NCBI GenBank assembly: GCA_036785375.1
Contig: JAWMAR010000543.1
Location: 124,001-188,000, forward strand
Length of the DNA: 64,000 bases
From: Leucoraja ocellata
Taxonomy: Eukaryota
Reading direction: 5' to 3'
Under the pieces are notes generated by a model that was given only the letters and a program-made list of their open reading frames with translations, had not been told where the DNA came from and ran no database searches. How positions within the stretch are numbered: the stretch's first letter is position 1; each line of letters opens with the position of its first letter. Positions 23,630 through 37,208 of this stretch are shown here, one piece after another. The position numbers and the translations under genes were made by a program.

Positions 23630-24510
23630 CTTGAAGGATATATCTAGTGGAGTGCCTCAAAGATCAATTGTGGATTTATATTAATGTCAGAAGGAATGGG
23701 TGAGGGGGGGGGGGGAAATCACTGTTTGCTGATGACACAAAAATAGGTGGGAGGGCAAGAAGTGGTATTTGGACTCTGCAGCAGGAGTTAGAGAGGTGGG
23801 TGAAAACTTGGCAAATGGAGTTCACTGTAGGAAAGTGTGAGGTCATGCACTTTGGTAAGAGGATTAAAAAGCAGATTAATATCTAAATGGAGAGAGACTG
23901 CAAATGAATGAAGTACAGTGGGGCAGTAGTTTTTTGCAAGGGGTGAGATGTTTAGATGAAGGGAAGAAGTATTACAAATGTGCAGAGCTTTGGTGACGGC
24001 ACACATGGGGTATCGTTCAAGATTTTGGTTTGAAAATTGATATACTGACATTGGAGGCAGTCAAAAAGAGATTCACACAGTTAAGCTAATTCTGGGGATG
24101 AAAAGGTTGTCATGTCAAAAGTAGCCAAGGAAATTGAATTTATATTAATTGGAGTTTAGATGAATGAGAGGCAATCTTATTGAAACATAAGGGGCTATGA
24201 GAAAGTAGATGTGCAGAAGTTTCGACAAGTGCGAGAGGTTTGAATGAAGGGAAATAGTTACAAGCGGACGATCATTTAAACTTGAGGTGCATAGAATATG
24301 TTCTTGCAAAGGGTAATGAATCTTTGCATTTTACTACTCCAGAGGGAGGTAGAGGCTATGCCACGAGAGGTGATACATTTTTTAATGTGCAGAATTGAGG
24401 GATAGGCAGGTGGCAAAGAAGAGGAGATGAAATCTAGGACAGATCAGCCATGATCATATTGAATGGTGAGGCAGGCTTGATGGGCCAAGTGGCCTCTTGT
24501 TCCTGTTGTA
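23630..24510 (+). mobile_element. Old CR1 LINE RT/3' fragment
   Basis: Remnants of SGVPQ and FADDTK (tttgctgatgacacaaaa), ending in the CR1 tail gatcagccatgatcatattgaatgg. Confidence 0.8.
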
Positions 24511-27500
24511 TTAGTGTGGATTCCTGCAAGTGAGATTCAAATTCAACCTTTGAATGAGGCACAAGTGTACTACCCAATGAGCCAAGGTTGAAACAGCTAA
24601 TCTTACATAATCTTTAATCAAATCCAAGGTGCACACAAGACGTGATCCAGCAAACGCATTTCTTACATATTTTATACACAAACTATATTATCCTCGATCC
24701 AAGCCCTTCCTCATCTTCTTCCAACTTATACTGCAACAACACCTGCTTATTTGATAAAGCAGTTTTCAAAGTAAGAGCTGTGACCCTTAGATGAGTCATG
24801 GGGTAAGAACAGATAGGTCGCCACCTCCACTCCTTTCAATAAATGGTGGTGCTCCGACTGGGGAACTTGATTAATGGTTTACCCAGGGATAAAATGGTTT
24901 GGATAAAATGGGTCGCCTAAAAATAATTGGAAACCATAATTCTAAAGTATTAGATTACAAACTGTATCACTGCTGGGCTGTGGAAGTAGATGGATATAGG
25001 AAACCAAATTCAAAGTTTTTTAGCTCAGCAGCTAGTTTTGATATTCTTCCTATCTTTTGACCCACACAGCTCCAAATTGTACGTTAAAAGGCATTTAGAC
25101 AGGTACTTAAGGTTGGAAAGGTTTGGATACAAGCACAATGCAGGCAAATGGGATTGGCGCAGATAAGCATCACGGATGATATGACTGAAAGGACCTGTCT
25201 CTGCTGTACAGTTCTATGAATCCATTATGATCATAGCTGATGTTGGACATGTTGCATCCTGTTCATGTACCCAACTTCTGTAAAGAAGCAGAGACACATG
25301 TAAAGATGGAGGGGCAGCAGTGATACTTAAGTGAGAAATTTAGAGATTCAGTCCAATTAGGAAGAGTTATTATTTTCCAGCTTTGTTAAACTGTAACATT
25401 GGTGAATGCACAGACTGCATTTATATCATAATTATGGATACATGAGCAACATAAGTTTATCTGTGATTGAAGACTCACATGGCACTGAAAGAGGGCATTC
25501 CATCCAATGTGCGGTGTCGGTTCTTTGTAAAAGCAATCCTAATTTCCATTCAAAGTTTCACTATTTCACCTCTTCAAGTATATGTATCCCGTTTGTAAGT
25601 ACCCACTGAATCGGACTGTAGCACCCTTTCCAGATCATAGTAACTCGTTGCATTGAAAATAAATCTCATCTCCCGCTTGTTGCTCCTTCTGGGAATTATG
25701 TTAAATTTGGAGATCAAGTATTGGCAGCGGATAACAAGCATGTGCCATCAGTTTCATCTTCAGGCCAGCTCCCGCTGGAAGAGGAAACAAATACTCCATC
25801 TGGCGTCCTTAAAGTCCCGGGTTGATTTTTGCTTGATGTGTTAACATGAAATCAAAAGCAAGGCCAGTGTAAATACTTTGCATGCAACTGAGCTATCCAC
25901 TTACGAATTGGCAAAGACAGGAAATGAGGGAATTGATGGAGATGTAAGACTGGGCAGCAAGGCATTCAGTAACTTTCAGGAGAATGAGAGACCCATCACA
26001 CAAAGACTGGCTCACTAGAAGATTGTAATGTTTTTCCTTTGCGAGGGCAACTTCAAACATTCCTAGATTGGACATAACTTGTAGCATTCTCCCCACTTCA
26101 GTACCCCAGTCTCCCACTAGGTATGCACTTTCATCTGGTTTTGAGACCAAAGCCTATGGAAAATTAATGGAGGTGGTCTAAACTTATGATTCAGAGAAGG
26201 AAATATTTGGAAGGGCCAGAAGGAAGTTACAAAGGTGTTGAGTGTAGGCGCTGTCCTGGTTCATTCATTGTCTTAGACAATAGACAATAGACAATAGGTG
26301 CAAGAGTAGGCCATTCAGCCCTTTGAGCCAGCACTGCCATTTAATGTGATCATGGCTGTCTTCTGATTACTCAGTTGACTCAGAGAATTGGTCAAAAGAT
26401 GCATACGGATGCCTCCACAAAGACTGTATCATTTTTCTACGCTCAAAAAGAAAAGACTTTCAGTATATCTGACAGTGAATTTTATGCCCACACCAGGTGA
26501 CTCACCAATCTTTCTTAGTGTTAATAATGTGCAGGCAAATGATTGAGAGTGTGGAGGGAAGGATATGATTGCACAAGTTGACATGTGTTAGATTGTGGCC
26601 TGGTAAGGTCATGCACTCCGTCACCCACCAGTACAGCTACAGATTTCTTAGGCCATACGTCCTTGGCAGGGAAAAGGTTGAAACAAATGACCAGACTGGG
26701 AATGTGAATGTGATGAACTTGGTGCTGAGAATGCTCGGTAAGTGGAGATTGTCTACTGCTAATTTGGTGGATTCTTTAGGAGTGTATCTTTAATGACTGG
26801 GGAACGAGAGGGGTGGGAAGTAGGCGAGGGTGTACTTGGGCAGGGGAATTATACTAGCATAAGGAGAGGCAAGGCTATGAGGGACGGGGACACTTCTGCA
26901 GAGATGTCTGAAGGAGAATAATGTTTGTTCCTTCCTGCCCTGCAGCTTCTGAGAAGATTGGTCCTCTCATTTTGAAGCTATGAAGTTCTTCATTCTGATG
27001 GTGTGATAGCTTGGAATGCCCAATAGACCTGCTGGCCACAGGCAGCTTTGAGTCAATATGTAGACCATGGGAACTCACTCTCCATGTGTTGGATCAGTGT
27101 GGGAAAGGAATAAGATTCATGATAAAACATTAATTACTCCCGTTTTCCCTTTGGCACTTTGATTTTGGTCGTGTCAGAGGCCAAGGTTGTCAATTAGCAC
27201 TGTTGGAGTTGGGAAGGGATAGCAGAGAGGAATGAGTAAGCAAGTCTGTTTCACACAGTACAGAACAAGATTGACAACAAGACTTCTTTTATATATATAT
27301 ATATGTACATATATCTGTATAGCACATAATATGAACAATCATTGTGGGGAAAAAAGTGAACATCCATTCACAGTATCAAAATAAAATGTCATACGCCCAA
27401 AGGATACTTACAAAAATAATTAGAAACCAAAGGAGTTTAATTCAACACAGAAAGTGAGATTACTGTTAAACTCCACATACGTGGAGTAAAGTCACTCCAT

Positions 27501-27930
27501 GAAGTTACTACATTATTTACTGTTAAGGATAACAAATTAGACATTTGCATTATAATTAAACATCAAGCTATTTAGCTATTGAGTGCAAAATCTCGGTGAG
27601 TGGATCAGGCTAATTCTATTTCATGTCAATTTGGAAAAAAATCTTGCTATATGTTTGACAGAATTTCCAGACTATCTGTGAAGATCTTGTACCAGAATGC
27701 AACAAGGCAGGAGGAACTCAAAAGTAGCTGCCCCGTGAGAAGAAACGCTCGTTTGTGGAATATACTCCTTTGCTGGTAGTAACTCCTTTCCATTCCTTGC
27801 CATTGCCCCTGCCCCAGTCAGAGCTGAGGTTGGGGTAGAAGAGTGGGATATGATTCTGTTACTGGCAATAAAACAAATAAACTGGGAAAATGGTCCAGAT
27901 AATTCCACCGTGATAGTTTAATAATTGGAT

Positions 27931-28137
27931 AAAAAGACAAAGTGCTGCTGTACCTCAGCGGATCTGGACAACATTTCCGGAGAACATGGATAGGCAACTT
28001 TTTAGGTAGATATCCTTCAGTCCCGATCCAAAATATTGCCTATCCATGTTCTCCAGAGATGCTGCATGACCTGTTGAGTTCCCCAGCACTTTGTGCTTTT
28101 TTTGTATGTCAGCATCTGCAATTCCTTGTGTCTACAA
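27931..28137. mobile_element. Older palindromic PLE derivative with 14-bp TSD
   Basis: Degenerate inverted arms. TSD tttaataattggat at 27917-27930 and 28138-28151. Confidence 0.75.
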
Positions 28138-29253
28138 TTTAATAATTGGATTAATTTCTTTTGTTTTTAATTGGTTTCCTTTAAATTGACTGAGTTACTG
28201 AAAAAAAACACAAATCATTCATAGGGAAAGAAATTATGTTCTTACTCTCCCTGTCATAGATGACACTTGTCCAACAACTGCCTGAGTTGCTTTACAAGCC
28301 ACCTAGCTGTATGAAACTGCTGTCACGACCACCATCTGAGGCAGCTAAGGCTATGCCAGGGATATCTGTCCTCCTGAGAATGTATTTAAAATATACAAAT
28401 GTCAGCCACATTATATCCCTCAGTCACATCGCTTGTAATTATTCATGATATGGAAGCAGATTTTATGGTTTGCAAAAGAAATGATCTGCCTGCAGCATCG
28501 AGGGCCACATGCACAGAACACATCCAGATACTGACCACAGTTGATCTGCTTTTCAAAGTAATTTGAAATTGACAGATGGTTGTAGGATCCCAGCTCTATC
28601 ATGAGGACACAAAGTCAACAATGTTTGTTTGCCTTGGAGTAGAGGAGGCTGATGGAATACTTGATAGACAAAATTGTAAGAAGAAGAACGGGGCATTTTC
28701 CCCATAAAAGAGTTGTCAATAACACAAAGACATGTGTTTAGAATGAGGAAGCAGGAGTTTAGAGGGGATCGAGGACTTTTTATTTTACCCAGAGGGTGAT
28801 TGGAATCTGGAAGGCATTGCCTAAGATGGTAGTGGAGACAGAGACTCACAGAACATTTAACATGTACCAAGCCAAGCACTTAAACTGCCAAACTTTAGAA
28901 GGGCATGGACAAAATGCTGGTAAGTTGGAATTAGTTTAGGTGGCAATTGATAGTGGGCACATACATGGTGGGTTGACGGGCCTGTTTCTGTGCTATATGA
29001 CACAGGAGAGTTCTTTGTGCTCGTGCCCATAATTCTCATCCATCCCCACAGCCCTCCACTCTCCCTTTTCACCCAGTTCAGCAAACTAACTACATCCACA
29101 GTCCAAACACACATTGGATTCCAGACTCAGAGCAACAAGTTTCATTTAAAGGAACCAGTTTTGCCTTCATACCTTCTTTGACGATTGTTAAATCTATTTC
29201 TTGTTACTGATCCTCCCAATTTAGGAGACAAAAGCTGGTAATTTTAAAGCCTA

Positions 29254-29614
29254 CAAGACTAAGGGGGACCCGTTGGGGGGGGGGGGGGGCGGCTGGGCCA
29301 TGTAACTCACAGCTCATGGCTGCGCGTTGAAAACTCTGCGCAGCTGGCCGCGAGGAGCAAAGGTATTGTGACGTCATCAGCTCGCTTCAGCAGTTAGATT
29401 TAAAAAAGATGTCAGATTGTAAAAAAAACTCGGAAAATAATTAATCAAATTTTCAGATGAGGGGATTTTCGAAATCACGAGGTAAATCTCTACCGGAATA
29501 TGTAAATATTTCACCGTTACCGTGTCGTGTTTTTGAGGAGATGTGAATCACATATGAAAAGACACACACACGCACACACACAAATCCAAGATCAGAGTTT
29601 TATAAGTTATATGA
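29254..29614 (-). mobile_element. Short non-autonomous Helitron
   Basis: 5' end TCATATAACTTATAAAACTCTGATCTTG resembles the starts at 20340 and ~1045-1070. 3' end ...caacgggtcccccttagtcttg|t resembles the end at 18930. Confidence 0.7.
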
Positions 29615-31501
29615 TATGATGGCCATGTCAGCTGAGAGAGCAGTCTCTCTGAATTGGAAGGTTGTGGGCTCAATCCAACTCTGTGGCCTTATCAGTAGAG
29701 TCAAGGCTGCTCCTCCTGCACACCGCTGCACACGGTGGCACTATTCCAGTTGCAGTCCATATCCCAAAGGGAAACAGTGGATGGGTCAGGTAGAAAGAAG
29801 CTCAATGGAAAAATAAACCCGCTTCGTCCGTTCCAGTATATACCAGAACACAGCCCTGAGGCGTAGCCTGAGCGATCTGATGATTTGTTCATGCACTTCT
29901 TAAATGGAGCTTTTTATGTATGTTGCTGCATGTGAAGCTCATTGACATGTCCTGAGAAGTAATGGAAGATATTCACCTACAGGAAATGTGTCAGTGACAG
30001 GAAGGGCTTCTTTACAGGAAGACCACATTCTGTTTTAAACAGGTTTACCTTCTGTTCTTGTTGCCTATGGGAGAAATTCAGGTAAACGTGTATATAGCAA
30101 AAAATGACTTTCCTGTCACCAACCCATTTCCTGCATTTTCCTCTAGCATTCTTTCCCCAGTTCAGCACTTGCTGAGAAGCTGTTCATGTTAAAGGTTTCC
30201 AGCTCTGAGGACAGGTCCTCGGTCCGAAACACAGTCTGTCTCTGTGCAGGGACACTGCTGGATTTGCCAACCTTTGCCTGTTTCTCTCTTGTTTCAGATT
30301 TCCAGAGGATTCTAATGTTACAACTGGATCAAGTCACCCAATACAATCATTTAAAGTACCTGATGTGAATTTTGTGCTTATCAACTAGGATGGTTAGGGA
30401 ACTGAAGACATTGGCACTTTTATAAGCCAACTGTTTTAAGCAAGCAGGTGGGGCCCATGCTACGCAGACATACAGCGGATCTCCAACTGTCCTCAGAGCA
30501 GCTTCAAATATTACAGCAATCTCTCTCACAGTCATCTAATGGTTCACTTGCTCACTTGCATCAATACGCTCTCTTTCTACATATCCACCCTTCAGGCTCT
30601 CTGGGAAAGCAAACAACAAATTGCTGGAGCCTCCAACAGTTTACATTTTGCTCCAAATCTCAGTGTCTGCAGTCTCAGAATATGATTACTCATTGAGCAC
30701 AGCTAAAGGCAGGTTTGCTCTTTCATAACCCTTCCTCCTGCCAAATTTCAGTTTCCACGGACCCAAGGAAACATTGGATCTAATGCATGGACAATCCTTA
30801 CATCCCGTGGCCTTTAGAGAAGGCAGTCCAGCTTGGATCAGGCCTGTGACCCTGCTACGTAGGGTAGAGCCCAGCTTACCCCTTATCTTGTACCAGCCAG
30901 ACCAGTAACCTCTCCAGTGTAATGCCTGAACTGCTATCCCTGGCCACAAGGCTAGTCAAACCTGTAACCCTGCAGCCAGGCCTGGATTCCACCTAGCACA
31001 GACCAACCAGGCCACCGGAAATCGGCTCATGGAAAAATAATGTGCTTTTTATTCTTATTCATTATGAAATGGGTTCATTAGGGTTGTCCTGGACTCTTGA
31101 GGATTGACTATTAAGACTCTGATGTCAGCAAACCTGGGACATGAAAAAAGTTTGTTCTTCCATAGTTTTTCAAGAAAGCTGCTGTGAGGTAGAATCATCA
31201 AAACTCCCGACATATCTGCAGCCAGTGTTAACAACCCTATGGGCAGCACATTTCTTTGACCTCCCTTACAATTCACAGGATTAAAGATAGTCAGGATGAC
31301 CGTTTCCAGTTTGCCTTGCTTGCCCCATCTCTTTGTGCTCCATTAACGCCCATTAAAATTAAATTCTTGCCGTAACAAAGCATATTGGATTAAAACCACT
31401 GCCCCTTCATGACTTACAATGTCATACTTCATCTGAAAACAACATGCAAACTGTCTCTGGATTTTGTATTAGACATCTAACTTACAAATGTACTACACAC
31501 A

Positions 31502-31806
31502 GAGCACAGTGGTGCAAATATAGAACTGCTGTCTCATGGTTCCAGCGACCCAGATTTAAACCTTTGGTGCTGTCTGTATGGAGTTTGCATGTTTTCCCTG
31601 TAAACGTGTGTTTCCCCCCAAAATGTGCAGGTTGGTAGGTCAATTGGCCTCTGTAAATTGCCCCTGCTGTGCAGGTGAGTGGTACAATTTGGGGGAGAGT
31701 TGATGGGAATGTGTGGTGAATAAAATAGGATAAGCGTAAATGGGTGGTTGACGGTCGGCACGGACTGGGACTGAAGGACCTGTTTCCCGACTGTATGAGT
31801 CTATGA
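31502..31806 (+). mobile_element. HE1-type V-SINE with CR1-like tail
   Basis: Head, V core (gtatggagtttgcatgtt...ctgtaaattgcccct) and tail ctgaaggacctgtttcc...ctgtatgagtctatga. Confidence 0.75.
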
Positions 31807-32199
31807 GAATACAAGTTGCTATTGTACAGGTCTGTGTAGTGACATCATCATGTTTGGGATCGGCTTTGCCCAAGACAGATGTAGCCAAATCCATCACACA
31901 GACCAGACCTCCCACCATTGACTCCATCTACAATTCACGCTGTCTCAGGAAAGCAGCCAACATAACCAGACTTTTCCCACCCTGGTCATTTCATCTCCTC
32001 TCCTTATAAAAGCATGAAAGCGCATACCACCAGCTTCTTCCCCTGTTTTCAGGCTTCAAAACGTGAGCAAGAGAGAGCTCCAGCTCCTCCATCGAGGTTA
32101 GTGGCAGTGGTGTTGGGACTTTAGAAATTCCTCTTGACTTGTTTGCAAAGCAGAATAAACAACACTGGCCTTTCATGTTATATAGGCCATCATTTTAAA

Positions 32200-32720
32200 C
32201 ATCTTGACAGGACGCAGGGAGGCAAGGCAGTGAAGAAGGCTTTTGGCATGCTTGCCTTCATCGGTCAGTGCATTGAGTACAGGAATTAGAACATCATTGC
32301 TGTACAAGGCATAGTGAGACTGCACTAGGAGTACTGTAAGATGTCATTAAGCTGGAACGGGTGCAGAAATAATTCATGAAAATATTGCTGGGACTGGAGC
32401 GCATGAGTCATAAGGAGAGGCTTGATGGGTTAGGTTTTGTTTTCACAGGAGTGCTGAAAGCTGAGGCCTGACCTAATAGAGGTATATAAAATCGTAAGGG
32501 ATGTAGATAATGTGATTGGTCACAGTCTTTTCCCCAGGGTAGGGAAGTCAAAAACTAGAGGGCATACATTTAAGGTGAGAGGGGAACATTTTCAACAGGG
32601 AGAGTGGTGGGCGCTAGAAGCTGCCATGAATAGGAAAGGTTTAGAAGGATATGGACCAAATGTGGGCAAATTGGACTACCTTACATGCCGAAGGTCCTGT
32701 TTCCATGTTGTATGGTAGAG
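32200..32720 (+). mobile_element. CR1 LINE 3' fragment, decayed
   Basis: cagtgaagaaggcttttggcatgcttgccttcat... and the LFPRVGKSKTRGHTFKVRG peptide. Confidence 0.8.
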
Positions 32721-33399
32721 GTAGGTACATAACAACACCTAAAAGACATTTTCACAGAGAGGAGAGGACGACAAAATCTCAGTCCTGTTTGCCAAGAATG
32801 GGAAATGCGTAGCCCTGCCTAAATCTAGCTGCAGTGACCAGAAGAGGCTCATCTCCTTACATGGGTTATAATCTAATACATTGCAAACCTTAATGTTCTC
32901 CAAATGGTAAAGGTTATAACAACATCTAAAATACATTTGGACATGGATAGGAAGGATTTAGAGGCGTATGGAATAAATGCAAGCAAATGTGATGCTTAGG
33001 TAGACATCTTACTTGGCATGGACTAGTTGGGCTGAAGGGCCTGTCTCTGCTTTATTAATCAGGATGGCTTGTCAGTAGGTTGATGAACTTTCTCAACATG
33101 GCTTTGGGAACGGCATCAACACTTGACTAAGCACACACTAAATGCCAGGAGTCTGGTTCTGTCCCTGTCCTGTGCTGAGTTATTAGAGCTCCCAGCTACA
33201 AAGCTTGTATTGCTGTCTTCAACAAATGAAGAGGCAGAGAGTACAGAATGTCCGCAGAAACCTCCATCTCTCAGGACCTGTTTCTAGGTGAATCTTTTCT
33301 GATGTATATGATGGTGTTAACCATGCAGCACCCATCAATCCTCAGAGAACTTCCCCCACCCCTTCCAAACCCTAATGTAAACTCAAAGAACCTTCATGA

Positions 33400-34281
33400 C
33401 AATGTGATGTCAAAGGAGATGATGAATTATCACATTAATTATCACGCGGTGCCTTTGCCTGTTTCAGTGACACTATGTACATTGAGAACATTTTCTTACA
33501 AAAGGAATACTACATTGATTAAATGTTTCACAAAAAGTAGGATAAGTTAATCTACATATTTTAAACACACACTCTTTGCCTAAATTCCATATTATTGTTA
33601 CGTTATGCCGCATTAAGTACAATTGCGATATTAATTAATTAAACTTGTAATACTGTGCTACAATATTTATATGTCATCGCCCACACCCCCCTCCCATCCC
33701 CACCTTGCCCACTACAAGCAGGTGGAGCAAAGCGTTTGCCATTGTCATCTATTTATAGCGTCGATACTGGGTGCCAGAGAGTTGATTTGTGGTGTAACCT
33801 CAACAGTTGGGTGTGGGTAAGGGAGGGCAGCTTGGGGGGGGGGGGTGGAAGAAACTGAAGGACGAACTCCCACAGGTTCTCAGTCAGTGCTGAGATGATG
33901 CGTGCTTTGTTGCTTCACTCCCCTCTCATTCAGTCGTTGACTTCCCACAGCACGTGGTCCTTGTTCCTCCTTGTATTGCTTGGGTTGCCAGCTCTCCAGA
34001 GCATGCTCAGTACGTGCAGGGAGAGGGCCGTTCTCTTAGGGGACCTGCTCTGTGAATTGCCAGTGGTTCCCAGAGAGGTCCGTTTCACCGGGTGCGATTG
34101 TGACTGCACATCCATCCCCGTCTAGTTGATTAAAAGGATTGGAACGGAAGTACGATGCGGGAAGGCTTCCTTCCATTGGTCAGGTGGTGCTTCAGGCTGG
34201 GAATGAGCCCGGCGTCCGGTGCTCTCACCGGAAGTAGGCCCGAGCTGTGCCCTCGGAGCGGAGCTCCGGAGGCGGTCGGGG
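33400..34281 (-). other. SRGAP3: Proximal SRGAP3 3' UTR (distal end not determined; candidate AATAAA at 31053-31048)
   Basis: Directly follows the stop codon. Repeat-free, with an AT-rich block at 33420-33670. Confidence 0.6.
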
Positions 34282-34701
34282 TCACATGGTGCCGGATTTG
34301 TCAGTGCCGCTGTTGGGGAAGACCTTCTCGGTGGGGGTGACGGCTGGGCTGCCCACCCCCGAGCTGCTGCCGCTGCTGCTGGAGCGGTGCTGGATGACTG
34401 GCCGAACCGGTCTCACAGGCGGGGGCCTGAGTTGGGAGCCAGCCAGCCGTGCCGACAGGGCCGGCTTGAAGGTGGTCATCATCTCGCTGGAGGAGCTGGA
34501 GCTGCGCCGCATGGCAGCGTCGGGGTCGCGGATGACAATCGTGTGCAGCGGGCTGGCCGGCTCAGAATTGGCAGCTCCAGTCTGCGGGCTCTTCATCTGC
34601 TCCAGGGTGTCCAGCACCACGTCTGGCGCCTGCTTGGCCGTGTTCTGGCGCTCCAGCTCACGCAACTCGTTCAGCGCCGTGCTCATGGTCTTCTCTATGT
34701 C
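34282..34701 (-). CDS. SRGAP3: SRGAP3 terminal coding exon
   Basis: gaccag acceptor, 420 nt including TGA. DIEKTMSTALNELRELERQN...GVGSPAVTPTEKVFPNSGTDKSGTM*. The DKSGTM C-terminus is diagnostic of SRGAP3 rather than SRGAP1 or SRGAP2. Confidence 0.96.
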   Translation of the reverse strand, partial: DIEKTMSTALNELRELERQNTAKQAPDVVLDTLEQMKSPQTGAANSEPASPLHTIVIRDPDAAMRRSSSSSSEMMTTFKPALSARLAGSQLRPPPVRPVRPVIQHRSSSSGSSSGVGSPAVTPTEKVFPNSGTDKSGTM

Positions 34702-35559
34702 CTGGTCAGAGAGAAAACAGGAACATTAGCCCCAGAACTAAAGCAACGATAACGTGCTGGCTCGAGTCATTGAATTATAGCAGACAGAAATGAGCCCTTC
34801 GGCCCAACTCATCCATGCCAGCCAAGGTGCTTGTCCACACTAAGTACCGTCTACAGTCTGAAGAAGGGTCTCGACCCGTAACACCACCCATCACTTCTCT
34901 CCAGAATTACTCCAGCATTTTGTGTTTGTCTGTCTACACTAATCCCATTTGCCTGTGTTTACCCACACCCCTTCAAACATTTCTTCTCGGTGTACCTGCT
35001 ATTTAAATGTTGTATCCATTTCTACCAGTTCTTCTGCCAGCTCACATACCCACCACCGTCTGTGTGAAAAGTGCGTCCCTCAGGTCCCTTAAAAATGTTT
35101 TCCCTTAAACCTGATGCTTTTAGTTTTAGGCTCTATGCCAGAAAATTGTCTTTGATCATCCACCCAGTATATGGTCCTCGTAATTTTATAAACCTAATAA
35201 GGTCACTCTTGCCTCTTTTGCTCAAGGAAAAGCACTCTGTGCTTATCTGGTCTCTTTTCATTGCTCAAGTCCTCAAGTCTAGAGAACATCATAGAACATC
35301 CTGCAACGGAAAACAAGACCTTCGGCCAATGTGCCCACACCTACCAACATGCCCCATCTACACTAAGTCCCATATGCCTGAGTTTGTTCCATATCCCTCT
35401 AAACCAATCCTATCCATGTATCTATCCAAATTTATTTTAAACATAGAGATAGTACCTGCCTCAACTACCTCCTCCAGCAGCTCATTCCATATACCTACAA
35501 CTCTTAGTTGCCCCTCAGGTTCCCATTAAATCATTGCCCCCTCACCTCAAGTTCCTCAA

Positions 35560-36499
35560 AGATTGATAAGGTCCCACATAGGAGATTAGTGGTCAAAATT
35601 AGGGCACATTGTATTGGAGGTAAAGTGCTAACATGAATAGAGAAGTGTTTGGCAGACAGGAAACATGAGTAGGGATTAACGGGTCCCTTTCAGGCAGGCA
35701 GTGACTAGTGGGGTACCGCAAGGCTCGGTGCTGGGACCGCAGCTATTTACAAATACATCAATGATTTGGATGAAGGGATTCAAAGTAACATTAGCAAATT
35801 TGCAGATGACACAAAGCTGGGTGGCAGTGTGAACTGTGAGGAGGATGCTATGAGAATGCAGGGTGACTTGGACAGGTTGAGGGAGTGGGCAGATGCATAG
35901 CAGATGAAGTTTAATGCAGATAAATGTGAGGTTATCCACTTTGGTAGCAAAAACAGGAAGGCAGATTACTATCTAAATGGCGTCAAGTTGGGAAAGGGGG
36001 AAGTACAACGGTATCTGGGGGTCCTTGTACATCAGTCTATGAAAGTAAGCATGCAGGTACAGCAGGCAGTGAAGAAAGCGAATGGCACATTGGCCTTTAT
36101 AACAAGAGGAATCGAATGTAGGAGCAAAGAGGTCCTTCTGCAGTTGTACAGAACCCTAGTGAGACCACACCTGGAGTATTGTGTGCAGTTTTGGTCCCCT
36201 AATTTGAGAAAGGACATTCTTGCTATTGAGGGAGTGCAGCGTAGGTTTACAAGGTTAATTCCCAGGATGGCGGAACTGTCATATGCTGAGAGAATGGAGC
36301 TTGTACACTCTGGAGTTTAGAAGGATGAGAGGTTATCTCATTGAAACATATCAGATTGTTAAGGGTTTGGACACGCTAGAGGCAGGAAACGTGTTCCCGA
36401 TGTTGGGAGAGTCCAGAACCAGGGGCCACAGTTTAAGAATAAGGAGTAAGCCATTTAGAACGGAGACGAGGAGACGAGTCTATTATCTATTGTCTATTG
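35560..36499 (+). mobile_element. Young CR1 LINE RT C-terminal fragment with internal 3' deletion and (tctattg)n tail
   Basis: VTSGVPQGSVLGP, KFADDTKLGG, MKFNADKCEVIHFG and LVRPHLEYCVQFWSP motifs. Confidence 0.93.
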
Positions 36500-36708
36500 C
36501 ATTTGTCAAGAGGAGAGGCCAAGGGCTTCGACAATGTGCAGTGGTTCTTCCTAGTCCTCACATCCATTGTCAGTGGATCCGGAGTGGGAACACTAACAGG
36601 TCGGAGAAGACTTTGAGCCGCAGAGCCGTGGTGTTGCCCCAGCTCATCCCTGAGGCAACCGCCTGCCTTGCCCCTTTGCAATGCCTCCCTCATCTACCAT
36701 CCCCTTAC

Positions 36709-37036
36709 CTCGGCCAGTGCCTCCGCCTCCAGGGCCTTGTGATCGCCGAGGCTGCTGTGGCGGGTGGAGAGTGAGGTCTGCCGCATAGGAAGACCCTCTC
36801 CCAGATTCTTCCGATCGGGATAGTTGATGCTTCCGGCGCTGCCGAAGGCGGCCAGCCGTCTCTTCTCTGGGCTCTCCATCCGGCTCCGGTTGACAGAGAT
36901 CTTGTGGGGGCTGCTGGGGCAGGCGGCAGCCCGTGGTGGGGTGTCAATGGCCGGTCCAGACCCCCTGACTGGGCTGTGTGCATCGCCACCGCTCCGACGG
37001 CGCTGGATGGCGGCACCGTCCGACCTTAGTCGCACC
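36709..37036 (-). CDS. SRGAP3: SRGAP3 penultimate coding exon
   Basis: tttcag / gtaagg, 328 nt. VRLRSDGAAIQRRRSGGDAHSP...TRHSSLGDHKALEAEALAE. Confidence 0.95.
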
Positions 37037-37208
37037 CTGAAACAGAAAGGCAGGCATTGGTATCATTCAGATCATTGTCTCCAGGGTCACAGACAATGGA
37101 GGACAATTGAAGTGTGTTTGTCATCAGAGATGAAGTAATGTTGGGGCACAACCGCCAACTGCAGTGACGTCCATTGAAGGCTTGGTCAGGACACTGCTTT
37201 TGTTCAAA

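Noticed and set aside
34155-34752. Plus-strand ORFs of 160-177 aa
   Set aside because: They are antisense shadows of the GC-rich SRGAP3 terminal exon.
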